Below, piece by piece: positions 39,115 through 52,400 of a stretch of DNA of 64,000 bases. Each line of letters begins with the position of its first letter. The stretch's first letter is position 1. The stretch is taken from NCBI GenBank assembly GCA_951406725.2, contig OX597832.1, positions 26,474,001 to 26,538,000 on the forward strand, given 5' to 3'. The DNA is from Octopus vulgaris. Lineage: Eukaryota. The position numbers and the translations under genes are program-made. Under the pieces are notes generated by a model that saw only the letters and a program-made list of their open reading frames with translations, ran no database searches and was not told the origin of the DNA.

Positions 39115-40017
39115 TTATCGCCGTGTTGTACCGCCGAAACCAACTGCAACCCTTGAGTCATCGTCGTCACTCGAATCACTGGAAGACACATAATTATGCG
39201 AGGCCTGAGAAGTTCCGAACCAGTCGGACGGATGATGGTAATCACTGGAATGGTGGTAACCAGGGGAAGTGTCGCAACGGGAATAACCAGTCTCTTTACC
39301 GAGGACGTAACCCAACACACCTCCGGTTCCCATACCAGAAAAGAAACCCGGTTGTTGAGAGTCCTCGAAACTATGAGTGTTTTGTTGCGGGTAATACTCC
39401 GGCCTGAAGCCGTAGGGTGGTGGTGGATCTCTCGGGTAAGTTCCGGGTGGCATTTCACCAGAGTTATTTGAATTTGTAAACACTCGGCACCTGTTATTAT
39501 TACGGCTGATGCAGAGACGATATACGAGTAAAATGCAAAGTAATACGCAAACTATCCAAATAATTTCGCCAAACTCATAACCGGAATTCACAGAACGGTG
39601 AGAGCTTTTCGAAAATCCGCCCGAGTGTTTACGGTTCGGGTTTATGTAGTCAATTTCATATTCCAAACCACAAGATCCTGCAAGAATATAAGGGTCGTTG
39701 GGGTAATCGTAACCTTCACAAGACACAGCAATCTTTCCGAAACGGTATTTCTTCTCCATGTCCGTTTCGCATTTCCATTGAGCATCAAAACCGTCCCATC
39801 CTTTGTTGTGACACTGGACATTCTTGGGGACGAACCTATGACAACCTGCCGATCCTCCCGTACATTTTAATTGTGGAACTGGCGAAGATCTTCTCGCGGT
39901 GGTCATTTGGCCTTGAGTTAAAGTTATGGTTTTGATGTCTCTCAATAGCACCTTCCTTCCTTCTGTTTCTTCCAAACATATTAACAGACATATGTAAATT
40001 ATATAAAAGATACTCAT
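39115..40017 (-). CDS. SARAF: Store-operated calcium entry-associated regulatory factor (TMEM66), single coding exon, 300 aa
   Basis: Uninterrupted ORF. The first ATG is at 40017; the track start at 40056 is TTG. Contains a signal peptide MSIFYIIYICLLICL, a luminal domain (PVPQLKCTGGSAGC, QCHNKGWDGFDAQWKC, VSCEGYDYPNDPYILAGSCGLEY), a TM helix, PPPPYGF, PGFFSGMGTGGVLGYVLG and C-terminal GFGGTTRR, all typical of SARAF. Confidence 0.96.
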   Translation of the reverse strand: MSIFYIIYICLLICLEETEGRKVLLRDIKTITLTQGQMTTARRSSPVPQLKCTGGSAGCHRFVPKNVQCHNKGWDGFDAQWKCETDMEKKYRFGKIAVSCEGYDYPNDPYILAGSCGLEYEIDYINPNRKHSGGFSKSSHRSVNSGYEFGEIIWIVCVLLCILLVYRLCISRNNNRCRVFTNSNNSGEMPPGTYPRDPPPPYGFRPEYYPQQNTHSFEDSQQPGFFSGMGTGGVLGYVLGKETGYSRCDTSPGYHHSSDYHHPSDWFGTSQASHNYVSSSDSSDDDDSRVAVGFGGTTRR

Positions 40018-42819
40018 CACAACCGTATTCTGTATTCTTCTTTTCTTCTTTACCAAAGATAAAATATTTCGTTTTGTTGGTTGGTAGTTTGATTTTTAAA
40101 AAGCTGAGCAAGAAACAGAAGCAATATACCTTTTAGTGTTTCCTAATTAATCAGAAAATGTTTCCGGAAGAGAGAATACCGAAAGTGAAACACTGAAAAC
40201 GGGAATATAAATAAATAAATGCGGATAAAAAACCTCTCTCGGTGGCTGTTCCGATCGTGATTAATAACACCTGCTTCTTCTTTCAATCACAACCTGTCGT
40301 CTCGTCTCAAAAGTGGAAGAACACTGTAAATAATAACGTAATCTTCGATATGTAAAAAGACGGGGTGGTCACAGCTGGAATGTTTTTGATCGTGGGTCAG
40401 CTATATCGTGTCCGACCCGGGGCTAAACAAAATCAGCAGAAGCTAGCTTTAACAGTTACACTTTGTTGTGTATTCTCTGAAATTTACCGATTTTTTTCTA
40501 ATAACGACAGGTGGCCGTTTTGTTTATAGTCAAAGCAGAAACACGTGTCACTTATCGGTGTTTTACGTCGGAAACTAAACATCATTGATTTCTGTGGAAT
40601 ATTTCTCAGATCGAGACGAGGGCAAGGTGAGGCGGGGGACGATGACCAAGCGAAGCAGGTGGAGGCCGCAGAAGGAATATAGTCGCCCTTGTCATTAATG
40701 CTGTAATTATAATAAATTACCTGTTCTTTGCTTGTTAATAAATTTTAACTCATAAGGTGGTATTATTTCGGTTTATGATCACGAAATGAAAGCGGAATTA
40801 TTGATACCATCCGGCAATATCCACGTGTTGTATAGGTACCCTTCACCCTTATATTTTATTATATTAATTTTTTTTTGTAAAAATTTAACCAGACTCCCAC
40901 ATTTTCCACAAAAAAGATTACATTTTTTGCCGAAAAAAAAATGTTTTTCAAATTTTTAATTCTTCCCTCAACCACACCTTTTTGTTTTTTTACCTTTTTC
41001 GATTTTTTTTTACCTGTTTAAAAATACGAAGATTACGATTCTGAATTTAAAAAAAAATTTTCTAAAAATTTCAATTCTATTTAATGCTGATTTCTTACGA
41101 TAATTTCTCCTTTCCTTTTGGGATCATCATCATCATCATTTAACGTCCGCTTTCCATGCTAGCATGGGTTGGACGATTTGACTGAAGATGGGCGAACCAC
41201 ATGGCTGCGCCAGGCTCCAATCTAATCTAGCAGAGTTTCTACAGCTGGATGCCCTTCCTAATGCCAACTACTCCGAGAGCATAGTGGGTGCTTTTTACGT
41301 GCCACCAGCATGAGGGCCAGTCAGGCAGTACTGGCAACAGCCATGCTCAAATGGTGTTTTTTACGGGCCACCTGCACAGGAGCCAGTCCAGCAACACTAG
41401 CAACGACCTTGCTCGAATGTTTTTTCACATGCCACTGGCACAAGTGCCAGTAAGGCGATGCTGGTAACGATCACACTCGAAAGGTGCTCTTTATGTGCCA
41501 CCAGCACAATTGGGGGGACACAAAACTCTACTTGTGAAGACCTGTTGAGGCAAGTGAGAATCGAAATCGATCAACATCAACGGAAATTGCAGCTGTGATA
41601 CCAGTGCCGGTGGCATGTAAGAAAGCCATCCGAACGTGGCCGTTGCCAGCGCCACCCCGACTGGCCTCGTGCCGGTGGCACGTAAAAAGCACCATCCGAT
41701 TGTGGCCATTTGCCAGCCTCATCTGGCACCTGTTCCGGTGGCATGTAAAATGCACCATCAGACCGTGGCCGTTCGCCAGCCCTGTCTGGCACCTGTGCAG
41801 GTGGCACATAAAAAGCACCCACTACACTCACGGAGTGGTTGGCGATAGGAAGGGCATCCAGCTGTAGAAACTCTGCCAGATCAGATTGGTGCCTGGTGCA
41901 GCCATCTGGTTTACCAGCCCTCAGTCAAAATCATCCAACCCATGCTAGCATGGAAAGCAGACGCTAAACGATGATGATGATGAAGGGATGAAATTGAAAC
42001 TGTGATCTTATGACCATGAGTGCAATGCACTAACCACTAGGCAACGAATCTTCACCAGATGAAATTTTAGTTAATTAAAATGTCTTGGTTTGGTACATTG
42101 AGTATGAAGAGCACTTTCTTTACTGTTGTTAGAATTTCATTTCAATTCCAACATCACTCTGAGGTAGAGGGTTCGATTTTACCTTTCATTATCCATCCGG
42201 GAGAATTATGTTCTTGATTCAATACAGAATAAAGACAGAATTACAGTAAAAAAAACAAAAATAAAAAGGGTTTTGCGGAGAGAGAGAGAGAGAGGAAGAG
42301 GGAGTGTGTGTATGTGTGAGTGCATCTATGCGTATATGTGAATACATGTGTGTTTGTGTATGTACTCGTGCATACACACACACACACACATAAATATATA
42401 CATTATCCAATAACATAACACGGAGAGAATTTTTTCCTTTGTTTTATATTTATCAATTTTATTTACAATTTTTATTCTTTTTTACGTTTTTTTTTTTTTT
42501 TGCAATTAAAAAAAATTTCTCTCAAGAAAAGTTGAGAGATAACAAGAACATCATCATGATAACAATCATCAACATCATTATAATCAATTTCAACAGAGTT
42601 AATTAGTAACATGTTGGTTACACAGCAGGGAGCCAAATATTTTAGGGAAACTGTTGTGTGACAGGAACATTATTTTAGCCAAATAGTCTTTTGCCCGTTC
42701 AAAGCATTTTCATAATTTTGCCCTTAAACATCTATGTTTATATGTTTAGATGTTTAGTTAGCCCTTGTTTTATACGTTCTGAGTAAGCTTGAAAAATATG
42801 GGGTATATATGGGGATAGA

Positions 42820-43660
42820 TATGATGCATGGATGCTAGGGAACTATTTCTTGCATATCACATGTGGTACAGAAAACAGACAAAAGAATGTGTCATATATG
42901 ATGCATGAATGCCAGAGAAATTTTTTTGTATGTCACATGTAGTACACAAGACAGGCAAAAGAATGTGTATCATATATGATGCATGGATGCTAGGGAAATA
43001 TTTCTTGCATATCACATGTGGTACATGGAGCAGGCAAAAGAATGTGTCATATATGATGCACGGATGCCAGGGAATATTTTTTGGATATCACATGTGGCAC
43101 ACAAGAGAGGCAAAAGAATGTGTATCATATATGATGCATGAATGCCAGAGAAATATTTCTTGCATATCACATGTGGTACACAAGACAAGCAAAAGAATGT
43201 CATGTATCATGCATGAATGCCAGAGAAATATTTTTTGCATATCACATGTGGCACACAAGACAGGCAAAAGAATGTGTATCATATATGATGCATGAATGCC
43301 AGAGAAATATTTCTTGCATATCACATGTGGTACACAAGACAAGCAAAAGAATGTATCATGTATCATGCATGAATGCCAGAGAAATATTTTTTGCATATCA
43401 CATGTGGCACACAAGACAGGCAAAAGAATGTGTATCATATATGATGCATGGATGCTAGGGAAATATTTCTTGCATATCACATGTGGTACATGGAGCAGGC
43501 AAAAGAATGTGTCATATATGATGCACGGATGCCAGGAAAATATTTCCTGCATATCACATGTGGTATACAAGACAGGCAAAAGAATGAGTATCGTATATGA
43601 GGCACAAATGCCAGAGAAATATTTCCTGCATATCACATGTGGTACATGGAGCAGGCAAAG
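42820..43660. repeat. Minisatellite, ~77-79 bp unit, about 11 copies
   Basis: Unit approximately ATATGATGCATGAATGCCAGAGAAATATTTCTTGCATATCACATGTGGTACACAAGACAGGCAAAAGAATGTGTATC. Confidence 0.92.
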
Positions 43661-44944
43661 TGTTGAAGTTGGTAAATTCTTCAAAAATCTTTTCCTAGGG
43701 GTCATTGGTGGATGGTGTAATAACAGTGTCTTTCGATAAAGCTGAAGGCATATTTTTAAGGGCAGGGGTAGAATATGGGTGACTGAACAGACCTCAGTGT
43801 ATTACAGGTACTTTCTGAGCCTGAATGGAAAATCACCAATGACGGAATTTGCCAGACTACAGTTTGTGAGGCAACAAGCTAGATAACGCAATACAATTAG
43901 ACTGATATTTCTGAACAGGGGTCAAGAACTATTAATAGTGAGAGCAAATTGCAGGTGAATAAGGAGCTGGTTGGGGTGGGGGTGGGGTATCTGTGCTGAG
44001 ATAAAATATCAAATCTTTAATTTTATAAATTCACAAATGGTGAGCTGGCAGAATCATTAATTTAACTGGTATTTTATTTTATTGACCCAGGAGGGATGAA
44101 TGGCAAAGTTAAACTTGGCAGGATGTGAAGTCAGAATATTCTAGCCAGAACAAATACCATAAAGCCCTTTTTTGTTTTTGGATGCTCTAACGAGTCTGCC
44201 AGTCGACCACCCTCAATAATTGTTTCGAATTTAAGTACAAAACCATCAGATTTGAGGGACAGGGGTTTAGTCGGTACTTTTGACCCCAGTACTTGATTGG
44301 TACTTTTTTTATTGACCCCTAAGGGATGAAAAACAAAACCAACCTTGACAGGAATTGAACTCAGAATGAAAAGAGTCAGCAGAAATACTGCAAAGTATTT
44401 TTTTCTGATGCTCAAAGGATTCTGCCACTCCCCAGCTCTAACAGCAACAACAATAATTCTTTCTAATTTTGGCGCAGGGCCAGCAATTTTGAGGAAAGGG
44501 AGCAAATCAATACCATCTGCCCCCAGTATTTCACTGGTATTTCATTTTATCAACTTTAAAAGGATGAAAGGCAAAATTGACTTCAACAGCATTTGGACTC
44601 CTGCTATAGGCACAAGGCCTGAAATTTCGGGGAAGGGGGCCAGTTGATTACATAGATCCCCAGTACGCAACTGGTACTTAATTTATCGACCCCAAAAGGA
44701 TGAAAGGCAAAATTGACTTCAACAACATTTGAAATCCTACTATAGGCACAAGGCCTGAAATTTCAGGGAAGGGGGCCAGTTGATTACATCAACCCCCAGT
44801 ATGCAACTGGTACTTAATTTATCGACCCCAAAAGGATGAAAAGCAAAATCAACCTCAGCGGAATTTGAACTCAGAACGTAAAGACAGACAAAACACTGCT
44901 AAGCATTTCGCCCACTGTGCTAACGATTCTGCCAGCTCACCACC

Positions 44945-44990
<46 letters not shown>

Positions 44991-45364
44991 TAATAATAAT
45001 AATAACAACAACAACAACAATAATAATCTTTTCTACTCTAGGCACAAGACCTGAAATTTTGAGGTAGGGGGCCAGTCGATTAGATCGACCCCTTCTTGGC
45101 AATAATAATAATCGGTGGGGTATGGTGGTGGTTGTATTGGGTATGCTGCCACCCCTAATGCCACCAAATTTAAAGCAGGGGTATAACAAAAATTTTCCAT
45201 TAAGATTTCTGATTAAATTAATTAGTAAGGTTAATATTTATAACGAATTTGCCATTTTCGATGGGTTTGCAGCACACACCTAGCACACCCGGAATATACA
45301 GCCCTGATAATAACATTCCTTTATAATATAGGAACAAGGCCTGAAATTTTATAATAATAATAAT

Positions 45365-45770
45365 AATGAAATTATTGTATACAGTGCTCAGGTGCACCAC
45401 AACTTGTCAAAAGTGCATATAAAGCATATGCAGTAATGTACAAATGTCTGGGAAGTGAACAGTGTATGAGTCAGATACATGCTTGCGTGTGTATGGAGGG
45501 GAGAAAATCAGGTGTAGTGTTGGCGAATCTCAGTCAGGAAGCATGGAAGTTTTGAAGGATGCAGTGCTCCGACAACTAACAACTGATGCCGGCAGTTTGT
45601 TCCATGCTTCAGCGTGTGTATGGAGGGGAGAAAAGCAGGTGTAGTGTTGGCAAATCTCAGGAAGCATGGAAGTTTTGAAGGATGCAGTGCTCCGACAACT
45701 AACAACTGATGCCCGCAGTTTGTTCCATGCTTCAGCAACTCTTAACGGGAAAAAAAATGTTTCCGAGTGA
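45365..45770 (-). mobile_element. CR1-like LINE 3' end with internal ~125-bp duplication
   Basis: Same sequence as 57965-58230; the segment GCGTGTGTATGGAGGGGAG...CCATGCTTCAGC occurs twice in tandem. Confidence 0.7.
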
Positions 45771-45990
45771 GGAGAGGGATTAGTTGATTACATCAACCCC
45801 AGAGATCAACTGGTATTTATTTTATCGACCCCAAAAGGACATAAAAGGCAAAGTCAACCTTGGTAGGATTTGAACTCAGAACTCAAAGATGGACGAAATG
45901 CTGTTAAGCATTTTATCCAACGTACAAATAATTCTGCCACCTCGCCACCATCTTGGCAATAATAATAATAATAATAAAAACAATTAAGCT

Positions 45991-46166
45991 TTAATCAAAA
46001 AAATCATCCACGTCAATTCCAGGTTCCAAAAGGTTTTCCTTAAAACAGGTGAGGTCCATTTGGTTAAGAATGAGGTTTTCAAACGTTTCTTCCATGTCAG
46101 TCTCTCCAATCAGGATGGCTCCTTGCATTCTGTTGTTACTCAACACAACTTTCAGATATTCCTCAT
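45991..46166 (-). CDS. PYROXD1: PYROXD1 exon 14 (terminal)
   Basis: [38 protein letters not shown]...DVDDFFD-stop(TAA). Confidence 0.94.
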
Positions 46167-46200
46167 CTGCAAATTAAAAAAATATATATTTAAATATATT

Positions 46201-46243
<43 letters not shown>

Positions 46244-46416
46244 TGTAGGAGTGGGTGTGTGGTAAGTATTTTGCTTACCAACCACATGGTTCCGGGTTCA
46301 GTCCCATTGCGTGGCACGTTGGGCAAGTGCCTTCTACTATAGCCTCGGGCTGACCAAAACCTTGTGAGCGGGTTTGGTAGACAGAAACTGAAAGAAGCCC
46401 GTCGTATATATATGTA

Positions 46417-46447
<31 letters not shown>

Positions 46448-49400
46448 TTGTCACCCGATGCTAGTGTGTTTACGTCCCTGTAACTTAGTGGTTCAGCTGA
46501 AGAGACCAATAGAATAAGTACCAGGCTTAAAAAGAATAAGTCCTGGGGTCGATTTGGATGACTAAAGGCGGTGCTCCAGCATGGTCACAGTCAAATGATT
46601 GAAACAAGTAAAAAAGAATAAGAGTGTGTGTGTGTGTGTGTGTGTTGATAAGTGCTTGTGATAATGTGAGAATTCCTTATTTTTGGTGTCTAATGAGCAA
46701 AGCAGCAGCCAAGCCTTGACCATAAGGGACACCTGACAAACAGATCTGCCACTTAGGGTACCTACCTTCTGTTACTCTTAGAAGAAGTTCATAATCGTTA
46801 CCAAGTCCTTGGGCATTGAATTTGCCAAGCAGGATAACCTGGAGTAAATGGAGATGGAAAGACCATAGTTTTAGTGCAGCCAAAAAAAAATATTTGAAGA
46901 ATTAAAGAATGTGAGCATTAAGAAAGATTTGACAAAACAGAATGATGATGATGAAGAAGAAGAAGAAGAAGAAGAAGAAGAAGAAGAAGAAGAAGAAGAA
47001 GAAGGAGGAGGAGGAGGAAGAGGAGGAGGAGGAGGAGAAGAAGAAGAGGAGGAGAAGAAGAAGAGTAGGGGGAGGTGGTGGTGGTGGTAGTAGGAGGAGG
47101 AGGGAAGTAGTAGTAGTAGGGAGGAAGAGGAAGTAGTATATTTACCTTGGAATTGAAAAATTTAGTGACATGTGAAAACAACTCGAAGCAAAAATCCATT
47201 TCTATATCTTCCTGGTTGTCACTGGCAACCATGCTTTTAGCAGCATAGGCCCCCATCTGCCTTGCTTGGGTCCAAAGACGCATCTAATAAAAAAAAAAAA
47301 TACATGCATATATATATAAATATATACAAACTGGGACATTGGGTCAGATATTAAAGAATTTAGGCATGATGGACGAAATTATAACAGTTAACAGGCATGG
47401 AAGATAATTAAGGATGTTAATTGAAAAGTTAATTAAAAAGTTAATTAAGGGTGTTCATTTTCTTCAGTCTGCGGAAAAACTGTTAAATTTGTCAGGATTG
47501 TATTTCTACAACGTAAGTATACTTATGTATATAGATTCATGTTTGCATATACAAATAGTGAAATCATCATCATCAACATCGTCATCATCATTGTCGTTTA
47601 ACGTCCGCTTTCCATGCTGGCATGGGTTGGATGGTTTGACTGAGGACTGGTGTGCCAGATGGCTGCACCAGGCTCAATCTGATCTGGCAAAGTTTCTATA
47701 GCTGGATGCCCTTCCTAATGCCAACCACTCCGAGAGCGTAGTGGATGCTTTTACATGCCACCAACATGAGGGCCAGTCAGGCAGTTCTTATTTCTTTATT
47801 GCCCACAAGGGGCTAAACACAGAGGAGACAAACAAGGACAGACAAATGGATTAAGTCGATTACACCGACCCCGAAAGGATGAAAGGCAAAGTCGACCTCG
47901 GCGGAATTTGAACTCAGAACGTAATGGCAGATGAAATACCTATTTCTTTACTACCCACAAGGGGCTAAACACAGAGGGGACAAACAAGGACAGACACACA
48001 GATTAAGTCGATTACATCGACCCCAGTGCGTAACTGGTACTTAATTTATTGACCCCAAAAGGATGAAAAACAAAGTCGACCTCGGCGGAATTTGAACTCA
48101 GAATGTAACGGCAGATGAAATACCGCTAAGCATTTCGCCCGGCGTGCTAACGATTCTGCCAGCTCGCCGCCTTTTTGGCAATGATCATACTCAAAAGGTG
48201 TTTATTACGTGCTACCTGCATGGGAGCCAGTCCAGCGGCACTGGCAATGACCACGTTCAGTACTAAAAATATGTAGAAGAGAGTATTTACTCGACTGAAG
48301 CTGACGAAGTCCACATCAAAGGCAGCATAAAATTACAATACGGAAGATATCAATTAATTTCCTCACTTACCTGGAACCAATGTTCAGAAAGTTTCCAAGA
48401 TGGACTACAGACATCTCCAGCAGCAAAGACATTTGGTACCGAAGTCAGCATCTTTGAATTGACTTTAATTCCACCATCTTCACTACGGTCAAACTAAAAC
48501 AGAAGGAAAGGTTTGAGTCAGGCTCGGAATTTAAGTTAAACTTAGAGATTGAGTATTGATTGTTTTAAATACGTGTGGATGAACGTAAACACGCACACAT
48601 ACTCACATAGAAACACACATGCACATACACATACCAATGCTACCGTTATCAGTTTTGCAACCGTTTTCCCAAGGTTTGCACATCTCTGTGTATGTATGCA
48701 TGTGTGAGTGTGTGTTTGTGTGTATGTGTGTCAGTGTGTCCGTTTGTGTGTGTTTGGAAGCATGTGGCTTAATGCTTAAGGTGCTGGGTCCGTGACCATG
48801 CAATCATAGGTTCAATTCCTGGGTCCTGTGGTATGGCGTATTTGAATAAAGCACTTCATTTCTATGTTGCTCAGGCTATTCAGCTGTAGATGAGCACCAC
48901 TTGACTAATGGTGCCGCTGTCTCTCCCTCAAAGTTGCCACACCCTAAATATTCCACTGGATTAATTTTGGTGTTCTAGTCTGAAATGGTGTCTGTGTCTG
49001 CTGATGACTTCATATAAAACTAATTTCAATTAGTGAAAGCATGCTACACGCAACGATGATAATGAAGGATTGATTCACAGACGCACACACGTATGCACAC
49101 GTGCACACACACACACACACACACACACATCTTAGCTGCTTTCTCATATACGAGCAAAGCCATTGCTGGAAAGAATCGGTGAAATGAGTCAACACTGATG
49201 CAGTGTGAGTCTCTTGTATGACTCTTGAGTCTGGCGAAAGTCTTGCACATTCTATTGCATAATGCACAGCTGTGCTGGCTGGCAGAAGGGACAGGTGCCA
49301 CAGCATGAACCTCTTTTAAAATGCCTTTTCATTCTTCCAACTGAGAGGCACACCTTCCTTCCTTCCTTCCGTCATGCATTTAATTAGTTTAAATGTACAC

Positions 49401-52400
49401 AAATGAATAAAACTAATTTTTAATTCCATTAGACATTCTAAAATACTATTAAATTTCTCTCAATTTTAAAAAAGGTAAAATCGGACAGAACTTATGGGAT
49501 GACCTGATATATTATATGAAATACTTACAGAGTTTCCCTGAAGAAGAAGTTCTGTGTTTGGTACCACACCTGTAGCACTCACAACAAAATCACAGCCATA
49601 GACTTTACCATTTGCTAGAAGCACATAGATCGGCCAATCAGCTGAAAATGAACAAATAAATTATCGTAAAATAGGGAGTGAGTCGAAAGGAAGTGTTTCA
49701 AGGGAGAGGGAGAGGTAACTGTTAGCATAGAAGAGCGATCAATGTGAAGTATGAGTGGAGAGGGACTGTGTTAAAAGTGAACTTGGAGGTCAAAGGAAGT
49801 GATTGCAGGTAGTGAGATATATACAAGTGCAAACAAGGTGAAGAACATGGTACTTGAATACAAAGGTGTTTGTGATGATGATGATGATATATATATATAT
49901 ATATATATCATCATCATCATTTTTAATGTCAGCTTTCAATGCTGGTATGGGTTGGATGAGTTATGATCTGAATTAGATTTTATTCGGGGTTGTTGCTCTT
50001 ATGAAATCAGAGGACCACATCTCACTCAAAACCTCCCATTCTTATTATGGTTTCTATGGCTGGATGCCCTTCCCAACATCAACTATTTTAAAGAACATAA
50101 AGGACTGCATTTCATTGTGGCGCCAGCAGAGAGGTTGCCTTGTGTCCCACAAGACCCAAAGAGTCGTCAGTAGTCTATGATGTCTCCGTTCCTTCAAGGA
50201 AACGTGTATTTCTTTATTGTCCACAAGGGGCTAAACATAGAGGGGACAAACAAGGAAAACAAAGGGATTAAGTTGGTTACATCGACCCCAGTGCGTAACT
50301 GGTACTTATTTAATCGACCCCGAAAGGATGAAAGGCAAAGTCGACCTTGGCAGAATTTGAACTCAGAACGTAGCGGCAGACGAAATACTGCTAAGCATTT
50401 CGCCCGGCGTGCTAACGTTTCTGCCAGCTCACCGCCGAGAGAACAAACAGAGGTGAGAGTGAGGTGGGGATGGAGCAAGAGTAAGAGGGGAGAGGGAAAC
50501 AATGATCAGAGTGAGAGGGGGTGAGGAGGAATGGAAAAGATAGAGTGCTGGAGGGAGATAATTAGAAGAGGGAAACAGGAGGAAAGAGAGTGACGGGTGA
50601 CAGTGAGAGGAATGATTGAGAGATGAGAGGATATCAGAGAGCATGATGGGAAGAAATATTTGTGTGTGTGTGTGTGTGTGTTTATAAGTAAGCAAAACGT
50701 ATAAACTTTCCATACTTGTTGTCGCGCTGTCTTTATCTTCAAAAGGAGAGCAAGTCTCTTGTTTTCCAGATTGTTTGAATTCATCAGAAGATAAAATTTT
50801 TTCCACTTCTACTTGAAATTCTACATGGACGTTGTGGGAGATCTGTAAAGAGAACCAATCAAATGAAATACATTCAGGACACATATATATATATATAGAC
50901 ATTGTTTTGAATTAATCATGCATTATAGCTTAGAAATTTCAATGATGTGATTGTTTATTTTTACAATAAAGGTAAATGTTCCTTCTTGAGCCATGCCAGG
51001 CTGATAAGGGCTGGTTTCCTGATTTCATGGCATATAAATACCCATCCTGGACAGGATGCTGGTCCATCGCAGCGTTACTCATTTTTACCAGCTGAGTGGA
51101 CTGGAGCAACGAGAAATGAAGTGTTTTGCTCAAGAACACAATGCAATGCCCGCTCCAGGAATTGAAACCACAATCTCATGATCACGAGTCCAACAGCCTA
51201 ACCACAAAGCCACACACTTCCACATAAAGCCACCTCCCTCAATACTACTGCCAAACTCAGTTGTGGGGTTTTGTCTTGTGAGTAACTCAATGACCCCACT
51301 TATGCCAGTGCCAGGCAAAACGCATCAATCCACTCTGTAAAGTGGTTGGTATTAGGAAGGGCGTCCCGCTGAGGAAACATAGCAAAGCAGTCAGTAGACT
51401 TAGGACATTTTTCTGGCAAGCCAGCTCCTGTGGAACCATCCAACTCATTTTGTCTGGTGTGCTAATGATTCTGGCAGCTTGCCACCTAATTACTGAAAAA
51501 AGAATTATTATGATTATGTTTACAATCCGACTTACCGTTTGGATTCCTGACATGACTAAATCGCTTGACCAGTCTGGTCCTAAGGCTCCACCCACAACAG
51601 ACCTTGAAGTTTTGTCTGTAGCTGAAAACAAACAGCACAAGGGAGCACTTCGTTAATGAGAATCATTAGGAACATTATTTCTTAAATATTTTTTTAAAAC
51701 AACAACAACAATAAAACACAGGTTAATTACTAGAAGATTAATTATGCATGAAATCGATAGTTAATAAGATGAGAACATATTAAATGCAGAGCAAAATAAG
51801 TCAGTTGTTGCTGCCACTGTCATGACGGTGACAACGACAACCACCAAATCATCATCATCATTGTTTAACATCCACTCTCCATGCTGGCATGGGTTGGATG
51901 GTTTGGCAGCGAACTGGCAGAATCGTTAGCACGTCGGGCAAAATGTTTAGTGGTATTTTGGCTGCCATTACGTTGTGAGTTCAAATTCCGCCAAGGTCGA
52001 CTTTGCCTTTCATCCTTTCGGGGTTGATAAATTAAGTACCAGTTTCACACTGGGGTCGATGTAATCGACTTAATACCTATGTCTGTCCTTGTAAGTCCCC
52101 TCTATGTTTTGGCCCCTTATGGGTAATAAAGAAATAGGTTTGGCATGGAGCTGGCTAATAGGGAGCTGTCCAGACCCCAACTGCCTGTTGTGGCATGGTT
52201 TCTATGGCTGGATGACTTTCCTAATGCCAACCACTTAAGAGTGTGTGCTGGGTGCTTTTTACATGCCACTGGCAAGGGTGCATTTATGTGGCACCAGCAC
52301 AGGTGCGTTAATGCAGCAGTGGCACAGGCAACTGAAAGGACAAGCCTGCATCTGTGGAAGACAGCGATTTTACTAAGCTTGACACACCTTATCAACTACA

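Noticed and set aside
40018-40056. N-terminal extension MVKKKRRIQNTVV of the SARAF ORF
   Set aside because: Begins at TTG, not ATG; the ATG at 40017 directly precedes the signal peptide.
40538-40552. GAAACACGTGTC hammerhead-like 3' half upstream of SARAF
   Set aside because: No upstream CTGANGA or stem I partner; more likely a simple E-box.
42820-43739. CRISPR-like array or Cys/His-rich repeat protein
   Set aside because: Units are contiguous with no unique spacers, there are no cas genes and the context is eukaryotic; unit lengths vary so frames shift and stop.
46918-47145. Poly-Leu/Pro or poly-Lys/Glu ORF extension after PYROXD1 exon 12
   Set aside because: Read-through into an intronic trinucleotide repeat; the true frame splices to exon 13.
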